NCBI GenBank assembly: GCA_964612525.1
Contig: CAZTCQ010000001.1
Location: 24,904-67,530 of the forward strand
Length of the DNA stretch: 42,627 bases
Direction: 5' to 3'
DNA from: an uncultured Chitinophagaceae bacterium
GTDB lineage: Bacteria > Bacteroidota > Bacteroidia > Chitinophagales > Chitinophagaceae
A program made the position numbers and the translations under genes. Shown here in pieces: positions 25,091 to 34,379 of this stretch. The notes under the pieces are model-generated. The model searched no databases, was not told where the DNA came from, and was given only the letters and a program-made list of their open reading frames with translations. Every line of letters begins with the position of its first letter. Position 1 is the stretch's first letter.

Positions 25091-27679
25091 TTAATTATTA
25101 GCGTAAGACAAAAAGTACATAAATGCTCTTCTCGGGTTTATAAACTTTTTTAATCTCTCTTTAAAGGTGGTTTTTTGTCGAATATTGTCAGTAAAGGTAC
25201 TATAATAAGTATCTAAGAACCGAAGTGCGTCCTGAGAAGGCTCAATCGACGAAAATTTGATTTGCTGATGCAAGTGAGCAAATCGATCATAGTCATTTTT
25301 GAATTCAGGTACAATATCGTTTTTGGCATACTCTGCTAGCGTTTTATTTTTTTGCTCATAGCCCAACTGGTTAAGATAAAAACTAGTGTACCTAAACAGC
25401 CGATAAGATTTTTCTCTGTTAGTCGAACTGCGCTTGAACCGCAAAGCATATCCTTTTAAGATTAAATAGGGTAGCGATAGAATGAACAGTAAAACAAATA
25501 AAACTAGCAACAGGATTTTGAGAAGGAATAGTAGACCACTGGGCATATTTTCCTCTTCACTTTTTTCATCCTCAGTCACTTTTTGCTTTTTCTTTTTTAC
25601 ATACACTTCGTCAATCGCCAAAGGCTTAGGAAGTTTATTTAAAATAGTCTCCAATGAATTGGCCGGTAGACTTCCATAATCTTGATTATAGCTTACGCTG
25701 GTTACATAATCATTTGGTTTCAGTTCACTTGCCGAAATCTGCAAGGAATCAAACCAGATTTTTGATTTTGAAATATCCAAACTCAGTTTTTCATTTACGT
25801 TTTTGAATTCTTTCTCTTTATACAAAAAGTGATTAGTCTGAAGCTGAAGCAACCCTAAAGCAGTGTCAATGTCAATTAGGTTACCACTAGCTACCACGAC
25901 TGCTTTCGGTGGTTGCATGGGCGGTGTGCCATCCGGTTTGGGAGACTGTTGTGCCTCCTCATTTCCTATGGTCATATCAAAATCTAGCCATCCATATTCG
26001 GGAAAATAAACTTGTACCCAAGCATGAGCTTGATCCTGATAATACCAATACCAGCCTTTGTTATTATCGCTGCGATCCACCGTTAAGAAACCAACCGCGA
26101 TACGAGAAGGGATTTTCATGGCGCGCAGAAGAAGTAAACTAGAACCAGCGTAGTAAGTACACCAACCTTTTTTTGTTTCAAACATAAAGGTGCTCAGCTT
26201 CGAGGCTCCAGGCAATCCAGGAATCCCTGGATTGTCGCTGTATGAATAAACACCTTCTCCCAAAGGATTCTTTTGTTTAAAATACGATCGTATGGCCAAG
26301 ACTTTGTCAATCGTTTTTTCAGTTTCGTTTCCAAGACTATCGGCTAAGGTTTTAAAATTGGAAAACTTCCTTGAGGTAGGAAAAAAAGTATAATAATCTA
26401 AGAAGCGCTTGTCTGTATTTTTATAATTTCTTGCTTTACGCAACTCTGCAAACCGCTGCTTCTGAAAAGCGTTTATCATCTCATCGTCTGTGTTGTAGAT
26501 AAAATAGGCACTATTCAGTTTAGAAACTTTACTCTTGGCACGATAAGCGTGCAGATACTCATCTTGAAAATCTTTCTCTACCGTAATGGGCTGCACTTCG
26601 TATGCCGTGTGAGGAGCAACAAACGCATCGGCGGCCAATCGTTTTTTATAGACTTCAATTTCTACCTCTTGAAGCATTTTGTTGCTATTGGCGCTATCCA
26701 GAACGCTTTTATTTTTTTCTTTCGAGAATAAAGGCACGGCGCTAGGGTCGGGGGCGAATTCATCCTTGAATGGCATCAGTGGGTCACGCTCAAAAGTTTC
26801 GGTGAGCGTATCAAACTTAGTAAAATAGTAGGAGGTGAGATATAAGGGATTAGGGAAGTCGCTACCTTCGAAAAAGTTATTTATATAAGCACAGAACACC
26901 AACTCATTGGTTCGTTTGTTGTTATTTTTCATGCCCATTTTCTCTTGATTCTGTACCGTGCCGTCTTTATTTTTTTTCAGCATGGAGTTGTCATCATTGG
27001 CCTGAGCGGTACCATATTGCTCCAAAGTGTCTTTAATTTCATTTTTTAATATTAGAATGACACCCGCACTGGAGATTAGTAAAAACAAAAAGAATAAAAC
27101 CAGTCGTTTCATAAGCTTACTCCAATTGAAGGATCGGTTTGCTTTGTAACGAAAAAGTTCGTTAGCCGTAAAAATGAGATAGATGCAATAAAAAATAATG
27201 GGAACGAGTACCAATATAATTTTCTTCATGGTAAACTCTCCCGTCTTTGACAATAGGTAAATAGAAAGGAGAAAGAAAAATGAGGAGACAATAATTGAGA
27301 AATAAGAATACCGCTGGAGGCCCCAACCCATAAAAATTCCAAGTGAAAACAAGATGGCAAAAACCAGAAAACTTTTTGAAATAAAAAAGGCATCAAATTC
27401 ACCCACGGAAATATTATCTATAAAGCGATAAGAAATAAAAAAAACAGCTAAAATTAAAAGAAACGAAGTGATAAAACGAAGACGACCACTATATAGTAAA
27501 CTACCTACTGTAATGCCAATTCCAAAATATAAGGCCTGTGCAACCCATTGATTGTTTAGAATACTAAAAAAGGAATTCGCTTGCCAAAGCAAGAATCCAG
27601 CGACCAAGATAGTAGGTAGCACCAAAAAAACGAGCTGCGCCCACCTATGTTTATTTTGTATGCTGGTTATGTTCTTCAC
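25091..27679 (-). CDS. Polytopic membrane transglutaminase-like cysteine protease (TgpA-like)
   Basis: 862 aa. About 6 N-terminal TM helices are followed by the TGase core triad: GWCTYYAG (Cys), HAWVQVYF (His), WLDFD (Asp). A late TM helix (LLFLLKILLLVLFVLLFILSL) and a C-terminal tail follow. The GTG start overlaps the DUF58 stop (GTGA). Confidence 0.85.
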   Translation of the reverse strand: MKNITSIQNKHRWAQLVFLVLPTILVAGFLLWQANSFFSILNNQWVAQALYFGIGITVGSLLYSGRLRFITSFLLILAVFFISYRFIDNISVGEFDAFFISKSFLVFAILFSLGIFMGWGLQRYSYFSIIVSSFFFLLSIYLLSKTGEFTMKKIILVLVPIIFYCIYLIFTANELFRYKANRSFNWSKLMKRLVLFFLFLLISSAGVILILKNEIKDTLEQYGTAQANDDNSMLKKNKDGTVQNQEKMGMKNNNKRTNELVFCAYINNFFEGSDFPNPLYLTSYYFTKFDTLTETFERDPLMPFKDEFAPDPSAVPLFSKEKNKSVLDSANSNKMLQEVEIEVYKKRLAADAFVAPHTAYEVQPITVEKDFQDEYLHAYRAKSKVSKLNSAYFIYNTDDEMINAFQKQRFAELRKARNYKNTDKRFLDYYTFFPTSRKFSNFKTLADSLGNETEKTIDKVLAIRSYFKQKNPLGEGVYSYSDNPGIPGLPGASKLSTFMFETKKGWCTYYAGSSLLLLRAMKIPSRIAVGFLTVDRSDNNKGWYWYYQDQAHAWVQVYFPEYGWLDFDMTIGNEEAQQSPKPDGTPPMQPPKAVVVASGNLIDIDTALGLLQLQTNHFLYKEKEFKNVNEKLSLDISKSKIWFDSLQISASELKPNDYVTSVSYNQDYGSLPANSLETILNKLPKPLAIDEVYVKKKKQKVTEDEKSEEENMPSGLLFLLKILLLVLFVLLFILSLPYLILKGYALRFKRSSTNREKSYRLFRYTSFYLNQLGYEQKNKTLAEYAKNDIVPEFKNDYDRFAHLHQQIKFSSIEPSQDALRFLDTYYSTFTDNIRQKTTFKERLKKFINPRRAFMYFLSYANN

Positions 27680-29010
27680 TGAATAATTTCTGTTTTAGCC
27701 AAGCTGTCTTGTAATAAATTAATGTGCGATTCTATTTCTTTTTCCCAACCAAGCCGCTGAGGATTACTGCGCCAATCAGACAACAAGTCTTCATTAATAG
27801 GGTTTTTGGGGCGTAAGAAGAAACGACTCCACCAATAGGAATTGTCCAAGTTAGAAAATATTGTCCGAAGGTCAATATAGAAGACTAGTTGCGCTGGAGT
27901 CACCTTGGCTAAAATCGTACTAATTTCATCGGTAGGCAATAGGCTATGCAGAAAAAGCACAGCTCCTTTATCAGAGTCCATGTATCGGCTCGGTTTGATT
28001 TCTTTTTGCCATTCGGCTTGCGAAATTTGTTCCGCAATTTGATCATTGCCCACGAGTCCTTTCTTCATTTTTTCGAAATGCAATCGTACCTGAAGATCCG
28101 ATTCTGTGAGTTGCTGATAAAAGGACCAAATGAAATTTTTGTAATAATCAGCCATGGCGTCACTACTCAATTTAGTAAATAATTTCTCAGAGTAAAAACT
28201 CGCATAGCAATTGATATGCGATGCATAAGGCGAAGTAATTTCTTGTTTTCTAACAAGTAACTCTTTGTTTTTGGCAAAGGCTTTCCATACAATTCGACGG
28301 ATGTCATCTGAGGCTTCATATTTTTTATACTCCAACCATTCACCCGGTATATGCCTCAATTGTCTGGTTCGTACCTCATCCGTTTCTGTTGTTTTGGGTT
28401 CAACGATTATTGATTGGGTGTCAATAGTTTTTGGCAAATTGACAAAACGAGATTGAATAGAATTTTTGAAAGTAAAAGAAAAAAAGCGAAACAAATCTTG
28501 AAAACTTAATAGAGCAGCATTGATTTTATATTCTTTGATATTGGGTAATTCTATGTGAGACCTATGACCCATAGTGGGAAAAAAAGTAAAACGATTTTCG
28601 CGTGCTAGAATAAAAGAGGAGGAAAGTTGATACTCATTGTATTCATACCGCACTTGAATACTTCCTAAAATTGGTCGGAAGATTTTTTGCATAAAGGTGT
28701 GTACTTCTATTTTCGGAGTATGAGCATCTTCGTTTTGATTAAGTACCTCAACATGAAAATATTCCCGATGGCGAATAAAGTAAAAACAAGCGGCCAAGGT
28801 GGAGAGTAAACTAATCAATAAAATGACCAACATTATACCAAACCCAATTTTACTCATTAAAATTAAAAAATGATGAAAGCTAGAAGTGTCTACTGCAGAC
28901 TGATTGGCAAAGCGATAAATTAAAAATAATAAGGCTAGGAAAACAAAAAAGTTAAACCGCAATGGGAAAAACTGCGTAACGTATTTGAGTTGTTCTATTT
29001 TCTTTTGCAC
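27676..29010 (-). CDS. Membrane-anchored DUF58 (vWA-like) protein
   Basis: 444 aa with a GTG start. It has two N-terminal TM helices. The DUF58 signature is RQLRHIPGEWLEYKKYEASDDIRRIVWKAFAKNKELLVRKQE. Confidence 0.85.
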   Translation of the reverse strand: MQKKIEQLKYVTQFFPLRFNFFVFLALLFLIYRFANQSAVDTSSFHHFLILMSKIGFGIMLVILLISLLSTLAACFYFIRHREYFHVEVLNQNEDAHTPKIEVHTFMQKIFRPILGSIQVRYEYNEYQLSSSFILARENRFTFFPTMGHRSHIELPNIKEYKINAALLSFQDLFRFFSFTFKNSIQSRFVNLPKTIDTQSIIVEPKTTETDEVRTRQLRHIPGEWLEYKKYEASDDIRRIVWKAFAKNKELLVRKQEITSPYASHINCYASFYSEKLFTKLSSDAMADYYKNFIWSFYQQLTESDLQVRLHFEKMKKGLVGNDQIAEQISQAEWQKEIKPSRYMDSDKGAVLFLHSLLPTDEISTILAKVTPAQLVFYIDLRTIFSNLDNSYWWSRFFLRPKNPINEDLLSDWRSNPQRLGWEKEIESHINLLQDSLAKTEIIQ

Positions 29011-29082
29011 AATGATAGTGGATACTTTAGCTAAAATAGTAATAATAGTTTTTCCTAAATTTACTTTAAGAATAATTTATTT

Positions 29083-30291
29083 ATGTCTCAATCAATTACT
29101 TGTCCACATTGTCGCGAAACCTATGATCTTAGCGAAATACTAACGAAGGATATAGAAAAGCACTTAAAAGAAGGGCTTCAAAAAGATTTAAAAGCCAAAC
29201 AAGCAGCTTTTGAAACAACTGTGGCAGAATTTGAAGAAAAAAAGAAAAATGAAAATGAACTTTTCAAAAAGAGACTCGAAGGCGAACTCAGTAAGCGAGA
29301 GCAACTTATGAAGGCCGCCGCCGAAAAAGAGCAAGAAGAAAAGGTAAAGGCCATGGAAAAAAAGCTGGAAGAGGAACAGCAAAAAATAAGAGAGTTGCAG
29401 CGGCTTGAAGTTGAGAAAATGGAATTAGAGAAGCAATTAAAAAACAAAGACGAGGAAGTAGCACTTCAAATTCAGAAAGAGAAACTAAAAATCGAAGAAT
29501 CTTTAACTAAGCAATTGAGCGAAAAGATTTTATCACGCGAGCGAGAGAAAAGCGAGCTTGAAATTCAGAAACTTCAAAAGCAGCTCAATGATCAGAAAAA
29601 ACTGACAGAAGAGTCTCAAAGAAAGCTTGAACAAGGCAGTATGCAAACCCAAGGCGAAGTTCTTGAATTAGCCTTGGAACAGTTACTTCGCGATACATTT
29701 CCATATGACGAGGTCAATGAAATTGGTAAAGGCCGTAAAGGAGCCGACTGTATTCTTGTTGTAAAAAACGCTAGCGGTAAAATAGCAGGACGAATCGTAT
29801 TTGAAAGCAAACGCACCAAAGAATTTAAAAAAGATTGGATTAATAAATTGAAAGAAGATACTCTGTCAGACCAAGGTGACGTTAGTGTGTTAGTTACGCA
29901 GACTCTCCCAAAAGAACAACTCATGTTTGATAATGTGGACGGGGTTTGGGTTTGTAGTTTTAAAGAGGTTGCTAGTTTGGTTCGCTCTCTGAGAGAAGGA
30001 ATATTACGTGTAGCCCAGGCCAAAAGCAGCCAAGAAAACAAAGGCGAGAAAAAAGAAATGCTGTATAACTACTTTACTAGCAATGAGTTTCGACAACAAG
30101 TAGAAACTATTAATTCAGCCTACTTGTCTTTGAAATCTGGAATTGACCGAGAGCGTATGCAAATGGAAAAGATTTGGAAAGAACGTGAAAAACAAATAGA
30201 TAAAGTGCTTTTAAATAGCAATCATTTGATAGGTTCCATAGAAGGGATAACGGGCCACAAGCCAGAAGAGATAGGCAAAGTAGAAGGCTAG
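29083..30291 (+). CDS. DUF2130-like protein: CxxC knuckle, long E/K coiled coil, and C-terminal PD-(D/E)xK nuclease fold
   Basis: 402 aa. It has CPHC at aa 7-10, E/K-rich heptad-like sequence over about aa 25-185, then QGEVLELALEQLL..FPYDEV..GKGRKGAD(222)CILVV..GRIVFE(241)SK(243)RTKEF. Confidence 0.8.
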   Translation: MSQSITCPHCRETYDLSEILTKDIEKHLKEGLQKDLKAKQAAFETTVAEFEEKKKNENELFKKRLEGELSKREQLMKAAAEKEQEEKVKAMEKKLEEEQQKIRELQRLEVEKMELEKQLKNKDEEVALQIQKEKLKIEESLTKQLSEKILSREREKSELEIQKLQKQLNDQKKLTEESQRKLEQGSMQTQGEVLELALEQLLRDTFPYDEVNEIGKGRKGADCILVVKNASGKIAGRIVFESKRTKEFKKDWINKLKEDTLSDQGDVSVLVTQTLPKEQLMFDNVDGVWVCSFKEVASLVRSLREGILRVAQAKSSQENKGEKKEMLYNYFTSNEFRQQVETINSAYLSLKSGIDRERMQMEKIWKEREKQIDKVLLNSNHLIGSIEGITGHKPEEIGKVEG

Positions 30292-30416
30292 TTGATTGAA
30301 TTAACATAAGTTAAGATTAGATGCGTACTTGTAATCGCAAAAAAAGATATTTACCTTGAGCTAACGTTTTAACATATTTTAACGTCTTACTAATGAACTC
30401 TTAAAAACTTAACATT

Positions 30417-31925
30417 ATGAAACAAATTACCAAACTCTTATTAGCCTCAGTAACATTGCTGCTGTGCTCAATAACATCCCAAGCCTCTCACCTAATGGGT
30501 GGAGACATTTGGGTAGAAAAAAACGCCCAAGGGCAACATATCCTCAAGCACAAAAACTTTAGAGACACCTTAGGAATTCCTGCCTATCCTCAAACTAACT
30601 TCAGAGGATTTAAGTGGAATAACACTACAAGCACTTGGGACCCAATAACCAATCCGCCATCAATGCCTCTACTAATGCCAATGGATTCATTGACTTCTGG
30701 CTTTTTATTACAAGGTGTACCGTATGGCGTTGAAATGTATAATTACGAATCAGATACACTTTTGCTTGATTCAATTTTTGCGTTGAATGGTGCAGGTCGC
30801 TATCGTTTTTATACTGCTGAATGCTGTAGAAATGCGGCTATTCAAAACTTAACCACAAAGTCAAGCATGATTATCCATTGTGAATACACTTACGATCCGA
30901 ATGCGGCTAACCAAAGTCCTCGTTATTTAGCGATTCCTGTTTTCTTTGGCCCGGTTAATTCTAATTGGGTTTACAATCCGCTTCCGTTTGATCCTGATGC
31001 CGATAGTATAGCTTGGGTTGTTGATACTCCTGTTTGTTATGCTAATCAGGCTAACAGTGCTTACACTTATTGTGGAGGATACACCACGCCACCTTCTGTT
31101 TCTACCGGACCCTTCACTTTAAATAATACAACGGGGCAATTAGACTGGACACCTAATACGGTTGGAAATTTTGTAGCCTCTTTTAAAGTCTCTGAGTATA
31201 GAGGCGGAGTAGAAATAGGAAACACAATTCGAGATATGCAATATATCGTTGTTCCAGACTCTAATAGTAATGGGCCAGTTATTCTACCTGAATTTGTTCC
31301 AGTAACTAATTACACCACAGGTGGGAACCAAAGTACTTCGTCCGACTATAACTATCTTTATTACTACCCGGGAAGTCAATTCACTTTCACAGTGGGAGCC
31401 ATGGACCAAAATAATGGAGACGTTTTAACTATGTCTGCTTTTGGAAACCTGATAAATGATAATAGTGCAACCTTTAGTTACGCACCTACTGGTACTGGCA
31501 ATATGGTAAATGGTACGATCACTTGGACTCCTTCAGCTAATGAGGCTCGAGATCAAATGATTGTAATTCGTGCTAATGACGGAACATTCTCAAAAGATTT
31601 TACGATTATCCTGAAAAGATTTGAAGCACCGAATGCGGTAAATGATCTTGATGAGAAAGTAGCGAATATTTCAATTTATCCTAACCCTGCTAAAGCAAAC
31701 CAAGCAATAAGCTTGCAAGTGGTTACGGAAGAATCTTTGAAGGATTTGAACATTCGTATTGTTGACTTAACTGGTAAAGTAGTTTCGAATCAAGAAGTAA
31801 CTAATCTATCAAGCGGAACTTCTACGATTGAATTGAATCAAAGATTACAAGCAGGATTCTATTTTGCTCAAATCGTTGATTCTAAAGAAAACAAAATCCA
31901 GGTTGTAAAGTTTGTAGTTCAATAG
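30417..31925 (+). CDS. T9SS-secreted protein of unknown function
   Basis: 502 aa with a signal peptide ending TSQASH, then LMGGDIWVE. The body is N/T/S/Y-rich and looks beta-rich, and it ends in a C-terminal sorting domain. Confidence 0.8.
   Translation: MKQITKLLLASVTLLLCSITSQASHLMGGDIWVEKNAQGQHILKHKNFRDTLGIPAYPQTNFRGFKWNNTTSTWDPITNPPSMPLLMPMDSLTSGFLLQGVPYGVEMYNYESDTLLLDSIFALNGAGRYRFYTAECCRNAAIQNLTTKSSMIIHCEYTYDPNAANQSPRYLAIPVFFGPVNSNWVYNPLPFDPDADSIAWVVDTPVCYANQANSAYTYCGGYTTPPSVSTGPFTLNNTTGQLDWTPNTVGNFVASFKVSEYRGGVEIGNTIRDMQYIVVPDSNSNGPVILPEFVPVTNYTTGGNQSTSSDYNYLYYYPGSQFTFTVGAMDQNNGDVLTMSAFGNLINDNSATFSYAPTGTGNMVNGTITWTPSANEARDQMIVIRANDGTFSKDFTIILKRFEAPNAVNDLDEKVANISIYPNPAKANQAISLQVVTEESLKDLNIRIVDLTGKVVSNQEVTNLSSGTSTIELNQRLQAGFYFAQIVDSKENKIQVVKFVVQ
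31659..31922 (+). other. T9SS C-terminal sorting domain
   Basis: VANISIYPNPAKANQAISLQV...LQAGFYFAQIVDSKENKIQVVKFVVQ. Confidence 0.8.
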
Positions 31926-31947
31926 ATTAACTAAACTTAATATTCAA

Positions 31948-31979
31948 TGCCTCACTTTTAAAGTGGGGCATTTTTCTTT
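31948..31979 (+). terminator. Rho-independent terminator, possibly bidirectional with the convergent lpt gene
   Basis: UGCCUCACUU-UUA-AAGUGGGGCA forms 10 bp including one G-U pair, followed by UUUUUCUUU. Confidence 0.75.
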
Positions 31980-32092
31980 AGGCTTAGGCTAAACTGTAAA
32001 AGCCAAATCAATTCAAAATAATTTGAGTGTCACCAAGCTTGAAACTCTCTTGAGTAAACAATCGATGAACGTATTCTAAACTCAAAGAAGAA

Positions 32093-33172
32093 TTAGCGTT
32101 TCGCTCTGAAATAAATAACCAACGCCACTACCGAAAAGACTATATTCGGTAGCCAAACAGCCATTAAAGGAGAAAGATTTCCTTTAATAGCAAAGGTGGT
32201 AGAGAATTGCATAAAAACAATATAGGCTGCACTAATAATAAGTCCTAACGCAAGGTGCATTCCACTTCCGCCTCTTACTTTTTTATAGGCTATACAGGCT
32301 CCGATAATCGAGAGTACAAAAGCCGAAAATGGCGCAGAGGTTCTGCGATGTTTTTCAAGCTCGTATTCACTAAGTCCTTGACGACCTTTTTTTCTTTCTC
32401 TGTCAAGAAATGTATTCAGCTCCTTTGTGCTCATATGCTCTCTAGCTTTTCGCTCCTGAAAGAGCTCAGCCGGTTTTAAATCAAATGCAATTCTATACTC
32501 GGCTTTTTGCTCAAAACGTTCTTGAATTCCGTTATTGAGTCTGCGTTTCACATCATAAAGAATCCACTCATTTTTGACAGAATCATAAGAAGTCCGTGCT
32601 GCAAAAATCTTTTCTTTTAAAAGATTACCTGCTAATAAATTATAATTGAAACCGTAGCCCATATTACTAGTTCGACGATAAGAATTGAAATTCACATATT
32701 GAGAATCATTTAGTTTTAAATAAGTCTCCTTGATATTATTCTCCACGCGATTACTACCTGTATATCGCGATTCAAAATCTAGTCTTTGTTTGTTTGTGCG
32801 AGGGATTACAAAGTGATTGGCCAGCAAGAGCAAAAAACAAATAATTCCGGCCCCTACAAAATAAGGGCGCATCATCCGTTTAAACTCTATCCCCGTTGAT
32901 AAAATGGCTACAAATTCAGAGCGAGCCGCCATTCTTGAAGTGAATAAAATCACCGATACGAATATAAAAATAGGGAAGAGCAGCGCCACAATGTGTGGGA
33001 TAAAATTTCGGAAGTAAATAAGAATTTCAAAAAATGAAACTTTATGTTTTACAAAGTCTTGCACCTTCTCCGTATAATCAATAACCACAGCTATGATCGT
33101 GAACATAAGAATGCACACCAAAAAGGTGAGCAAAAAGTTCTTTAATATATACCGATCTATCCTATTGAGCAT
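32093..33172 (-). CDS. LptF/LptG-family (YjgP/YjgQ) LPS export permease
   Basis: 359 aa. It starts MLNRIDRYILKNFL. Three TM helices, a periplasmic beta-jellyroll region and three TM helices follow. Confidence 0.85.
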   Translation of the reverse strand: MLNRIDRYILKNFLLTFLVCILMFTIIAVVIDYTEKVQDFVKHKVSFFEILIYFRNFIPHIVALLFPIFIFVSVILFTSRMAARSEFVAILSTGIEFKRMMRPYFVGAGIICFLLLLANHFVIPRTNKQRLDFESRYTGSNRVENNIKETYLKLNDSQYVNFNSYRRTSNMGYGFNYNLLAGNLLKEKIFAARTSYDSVKNEWILYDVKRRLNNGIQERFEQKAEYRIAFDLKPAELFQERKAREHMSTKELNTFLDRERKKGRQGLSEYELEKHRRTSAPFSAFVLSIIGACIAYKKVRGGSGMHLALGLIISAAYIVFMQFSTTFAIKGNLSPLMAVWLPNIVFSVVALVIYFRAKR

Positions 33173-33234
33173 AAAGTGAATTGCGAAACTACGGAATACA
33201 TCCTAACAGAAAATTTGATTTCTCGTTAAAAGTA

Positions 33235-34365
33235 TTACAAGCGAGCACTCACTTTTTTTATCATTCCTGGTTTCCAACTGCTAAAAGTACCTGCCACAAT
33301 TTGTGCACGACATTCTTTCATAAGCCATAAATAAAAACGAAGGTTTTGAATACTAGCGATCTGAAGGGCAAATAATTCTTTGGCCATGAATAAATGTCTC
33401 AGATAGGCCTTTGTATACTTTGAACTCACTCCATCCGGCAAGTTGGCGTCGATAGGCGAGAAATCGTCTTCCCACTTTTTATTTTTTATATTAATTACCC
33501 CTTCCGTGGTAAACAGATACCCATTTCGAGCATTTCTTGTGGGCATCACACAATCAAACATATCAATGCCCAAGGCAATGTTTTCTAACAAATTAGCTGG
33601 TGTGCCTACACCCATTAGATATCTAGGTTTATCCTTGGGTAGCACGCCACAAACCAATTCGCACATAGCATACATTTCTTCAGCAGGTTCTCCCACACTC
33701 AGTCCACCAATGGCATTACCATCCGCATTTTTACTTGCAATGTATTCAGCACTTTGCAGTCGTAAATCATTGTAAGTGCTTCCTTGCACGATAGGAAACA
33801 GACTTTGCTCATAACCATATTTTGCTTCTGTCTTATCGAAATGAGTAATACATCTATCCAGCCAACGATGTGTCATGTGCATACTATTCGTTGCATAGTT
33901 TTTGTCGCAAGGGTAGGGCGTACACTCATCAAAAGCCATAATAATATCGGCCCCAATACTTCTTTGAATATCAATGGCTACTTCTGGAGAAAAAAACAAT
34001 TTGCTACCATCAATATGCGACTGAAAAGCAACTCCTTCCTCAGTTATTTTTCGACGTTGCGCTAGTGAGTAAACCTGAAAACCACCACTATCAGTGAGCA
34101 TTGGTTTATCCCAACCAATAAATTTATGGAGTCCTCCAGCTTTTTCTAATATTCCAGTCCCGGGTCTTAAGGAAAGATGATAGGTATTCCCTAAAATTAT
34201 TTGCGCTTCAATTTCATCAAGTAACTTTTCCTGCGGCACACCTTTTACACTACCAATTGTTCCCACGGGCATAAAAATAGGGGTGAGTATCTCACCATGA
34301 GCGGTGGTTATTTTGCCAGCGCGTGCTTGGCTATTTGGGTCAATATGTTCAAGTTCAAAATCCAT
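33235..34365 (-). CDS. tgt: Queuine tRNA-ribosyltransferase (tRNA-guanine transglycosylase)
   Basis: 376 aa. It has TPIFMPVGT, LTDSGGFQV, FDECTPYP, GGLSVGE and the MPTRNARNG motif. Confidence 0.95.
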   Translation of the reverse strand: MDFELEHIDPNSQARAGKITTAHGEILTPIFMPVGTIGSVKGVPQEKLLDEIEAQIILGNTYHLSLRPGTGILEKAGGLHKFIGWDKPMLTDSGGFQVYSLAQRRKITEEGVAFQSHIDGSKLFFSPEVAIDIQRSIGADIIMAFDECTPYPCDKNYATNSMHMTHRWLDRCITHFDKTEAKYGYEQSLFPIVQGSTYNDLRLQSAEYIASKNADGNAIGGLSVGEPAEEMYAMCELVCGVLPKDKPRYLMGVGTPANLLENIALGIDMFDCVMPTRNARNGYLFTTEGVINIKNKKWEDDFSPIDANLPDGVSSKYTKAYLRHLFMAKELFALQIASIQNLRFYLWLMKECRAQIVAGTFSSWKPGMIKKVSARL

Positions 34366-34379
34366 TGGCGTGGTGTAGT

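Noticed and set aside
29178-30041. Antisense ORFs inside the DUF2130-like gene (29178-29447, 29188-29382, 29616-30041; up to 141 aa)
   Set aside because: The sense strand is purine-rich E/K coiled-coil coding sequence. Its complement is therefore depleted of stop codons and translates to low-complexity S/F/L strings. There are no promoter or signal features.
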